Shown here in pieces: positions 61,691-64,000 of a DNA stretch of 64,000 nucleotides. The notes under the pieces are model-generated. The model was not told where the DNA came from. It saw nothing but the letters and a program-made list of their open reading frames with translations, and did not search any database. The DNA comes from an uncultured Devosia sp. (GTDB lineage Bacteria; Pseudomonadota; Alphaproteobacteria; Rhizobiales; Devosiaceae). Position numbers and translations under genes: made by a program. The stretch is taken from NCBI RefSeq assembly GCF_913055165.1, contig NZ_CAJXJS010000015.1, positions 276 through 64,275 on the forward strand, in the 5' to 3' direction. Each line of letters opens with the position of its first letter. The first letter of the stretch is position 1.

Positions 61691-62902
61691 ATGCACCGTG
61701 AGACCGATACTGATTGCCAATCGTCCGAGCCGGGATTTTCGCCGGGACGGCGCACCTTCCTCAAGATTTCGGTCCTGGCCGGCGCGGCGGCGACAATCTC
61801 CAGCACTGTGGCCTATGCCGCTGGCGAAAGCGGGTTCTGGGCCAAGGATCTGGAAGATGAGCAACTCGTCGACATGTACCGACGCATCCTCCGCATCCGC
61901 TGGCACGAGCGGACCATGGCCGACAAGATGCTCACCGACCCCACCTATCGCGGCTACAACCACTTCTATGCCGGCCAGGAGGCGGTTGCGGTTGGCATCT
62001 GCTCGGCGCTGCGGAATGAAGGCGGCGTGGAGAAGGCGGACCTGGTCTATTCGACCCACCGCCCCACCGGTCACGCTATAGCCAAGGGCATCGATCTCAA
62101 GCGCATGTGCGCCGAGAACGACTTCCGGGCCACCGGCCTCAACAACGGCTATGCGGCGGAAATGCATATTTCGGACCCGACCATCGGGTTCATGGGGGCC
62201 GATGGCATGATCGGCCCGGGTCCGGTGATCGCAACAGGATCGGCCCTGGCTATCCAGGCCCGTGGGAGCGGCCAAGTGGTCGTCAACTTCGGTGGCGACG
62301 GGACCTATGCGACACCGCATTTCCATTCGGCGTTGAACAATTCCACGCTGCTCAAGCTGCCATTCATCTACGTGATCGAGAACAATCTCTACCACCAGTA
62401 CGCCCACTATTCCCTGTCCGTCCCGATGAAGGACATTGCCACGGCCGCAGAGCCCTATGGCATTCCGGGCATCGTGGTGGACGGCCAGGACGTGATGCAG
62501 GTCTACAATGCCGCCAAGATCGCGGTAGACAGGGCGCGGGCTGGTGAGGGCCCGACCCTGATCGAGGCCAAGACCTACCGCTATTACAACCACTGGGGCG
62601 CTCCCGGTGCCACCCCCGGCGAGCTTGGTGCCTTCGGCTACGATCCGCTGGCGATCTCCTCATTCCGGCCCGAGCGCGAACTGCGCGCCTGGATGCAACG
62701 CGATCCCGTCGACATCTCGCGCCGGATCCTCATCGATTGGGGCCTGCTCGATGACGCCGAAGCCGATGCCATCGAAACCGAAGTGAAAGCCGAGGTCACC
62801 GAGGCCTTTGCCTGGGCCGCCGAGCAGCCGCTCTGCAGGCCTGAGGACGGTCTCAAGCACGTATTCGTCGACGGCGAAGTTGAAGCCCGCCAGCTGGCGT
62901 GA
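61691..62902 (+). CDS. TPP-dependent dehydrogenase E1 alpha subunit (AcoA/PdhA-like) with a twin-arginine leader
   Basis: H.YAGQEAVAVG, STHRP.GH, TPP motif GDG-X26-NN, GEGPTLIEAKTYRY; N-terminal GRRTFLK...AYA. ATG 61691 preceded by GGAGGA. Confidence 0.9.
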   Translation: MHRETDTDCQSSEPGFSPGRRTFLKISVLAGAAATISSTVAYAAGESGFWAKDLEDEQLVDMYRRILRIRWHERTMADKMLTDPTYRGYNHFYAGQEAVAVGICSALRNEGGVEKADLVYSTHRPTGHAIAKGIDLKRMCAENDFRATGLNNGYAAEMHISDPTIGFMGADGMIGPGPVIATGSALAIQARGSGQVVVNFGGDGTYATPHFHSALNNSTLLKLPFIYVIENNLYHQYAHYSLSVPMKDIATAAEPYGIPGIVVDGQDVMQVYNAAKIAVDRARAGEGPTLIEAKTYRYYNHWGAPGATPGELGAFGYDPLAISSFRPERELRAWMQRDPVDISRRILIDWGLLDDAEADAIETEVKAEVTEAFAWAAEQPLCRPEDGLKHVFVDGEVEARQLA

Positions 62903-62922
62903 CCTAATCAGGAGTTCCGAAA

Positions 62923-63894
62923 ATGACTGAGAAAAGCTGGATGTACGCCGTCCTTGAGGCCGTGCAGTACGAGATGCGCCAGGATCCGAATATGCTCTGG
63001 CTGTTCGAGCTGACGGCTCCCGTGGCGTCCAATCCCGGGCTCCCGGTGATCAATCTGGAAACAGAATTCACCCGCAAGCGGGTCATCAACACCGGCATCG
63101 ATGAAATGTGGATGGTAGCAGCGACGCTGGGCGCCGGTCTCGCCGGCTCGAAAGCGGCCACCTATATTCCCTATCAGGGGGCGGCTATGCCCTTTCAAAT
63201 CATCCAGAACCATGCCGGCAAGTTGCGCCACATGACTGGTGGAGTGGCCTCCATGCCGGTGGTGTTCGTCATGGAGATGACAGGCCAGACCCCGGGCTTT
63301 GCCGGGCAACATTCCGACTACGAGATCGATTCCTATTACATGCACATCCCGGGCGTGAAGACGGTCGTGCCGTCCACCCCCTACGATGCCAAGGGCATGA
63401 TGGCGTCGGCGCTGCGCGACCCCAATCCTGTGGTCTTCCTTTATCCGGCGGGCCTGCGCGAACTCGTAGCGGAGGTGCCGGACGAGCAGTATGACGTGCC
63501 ACTCGACAAGGCGGCGGTGCTGGCAGAAGGCACCGATCTCACCATAGTGGGCTCGGGTGCCGGCATGCCCGAAATCCTCAAGGCGGCCGACGCGCTCAAA
63601 GCCGACGGGATGAGCGTGGAAGTCATCGACTTGCGGTCGCTCAAGCCCATGGACACCGAGACACTCGTGGCCTCGGTGGGCAAGACCAAGAAGCTGCTCG
63701 CGGTCGATCAAACCTACTACACGCTGGGCCCCGCGGCCGAAGTGGTGGCCCGCGTGGCGGAAAATGTCGACGGCGCCCGCTTCAAGCGCATCGCATTTCC
63801 GGACGCCCCGCCCCCCGCCTCTCCTGAAATGTTCCTCTGGATGCGGGTCAATGCCGACCACATCGCCAATGCGGCGCGCAAGCTGGTTGGTTAG
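62923..63894 (+). CDS. TPP-dependent dehydrogenase E1 beta subunit (AcoB/PdhB-like)
   Basis: NTGIDE, GQHSD, PG.KTVVPSTPYDAKG, D.NPVVF, EVIDLRSLKP.D, SV.KT. Confidence 0.9.
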   Translation: MTEKSWMYAVLEAVQYEMRQDPNMLWLFELTAPVASNPGLPVINLETEFTRKRVINTGIDEMWMVAATLGAGLAGSKAATYIPYQGAAMPFQIIQNHAGKLRHMTGGVASMPVVFVMEMTGQTPGFAGQHSDYEIDSYYMHIPGVKTVVPSTPYDAKGMMASALRDPNPVVFLYPAGLRELVAEVPDEQYDVPLDKAAVLAEGTDLTIVGSGAGMPEILKAADALKADGMSVEVIDLRSLKPMDTETLVASVGKTKKLLAVDQTYYTLGPAAEVVARVAENVDGARFKRIAFPDAPPPASPEMFLWMRVNADHIANAARKLVG

Positions 63895-63914
63895 GAAGCA
63901 GCGGGAGAGGCATC

Positions 63915-64000
63915 ATGAACTACCAGGATAGAGAGGGCGAACAATCGCCGGCTGGCGACGCCCGGTGCCCGCAGTGCGGCAGCGCCGCGATCGGCCCCAC
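63915..64000 (+). CDS. 5' fragment of the next gene, starting with a CxxC knuckle
   Basis: GGAGAGG then MNYQDREGEQSPAGDARCPQCGSAAIGP..., open to the window end. Confidence 0.55.
   Translation, partial: MNYQDREGEQSPAGDARCPQCGSAAIGP

Larger units (their letters stand above)
35919..64000. mobile_element. Putative genomic island or accessory mosaic beginning at the tRNA-Ile2 3' end; right end not seen
   Basis: Switch from housekeeping to catabolic/stress modules immediately after a tRNA, short direct repeats next to it, duplicate ftsH/groEL and a gene remnant. No integrase or second att copy seen in the window. Confidence 0.5.

Overview
GC-rich alphaproteobacterial chromosome segment. Gene order and style suggest Hyphomicrobiales, possibly Devosia-like (inference, no search run). 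The left part (1 to about 35.8 kb) looks like core genome: a urea ABC transporter (urtBCDE), a urease cluster with interleaved accessory genes (ureD-A-J-B-orf-C-mliC-like-orf-E-F-DUF3995-G-GNAT), the converging glycogen operon glgP-B-C-A-pgm-glgX, a Kef-type antiporter, an AI-2E transporter, a nucleoside hydrolase, a fasciclin protein, a LysR/MBL-fold/NTF2 module, an ABC-F, LysE and DUF2087 genes, and a tRNA-Ile2(CAT). Everything right of the tRNA looks like an accessory mosaic: (i) a phenol-monooxygenase / hydroxyquinol-type dioxygenase / maleylacetate reductase / ABC transporter cluster; (ii) a NodD-like LysR with a Tat-signal amidohydrolase; (iii) a two-component system with a PepSY / DUF2271 / PepSY-TM flavo-oxidoreductase / ApbE flavinylation operon ending in VIT1; (iv) a block (DUF2267, second ftsH, groES-less groEL, DUF883, TPP E1 alpha/beta) in which every transcription unit has an FNR/FixK-type box at a similar distance. 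The most striking observation is a TPP-dependent 2-oxoacid/acetoin dehydrogenase-type E1 alpha subunit with a near-canonical twin-arginine signal peptide. It is paired with a signal-less beta subunit, and no E2/E3 gene lies directly next to the pair, which suggests an oxygen-regulated periplasmic TPP enzyme. I found no CRISPR array, rRNA or intact integrase/transposase. All family calls come from recognising motifs by eye; no database search was run.
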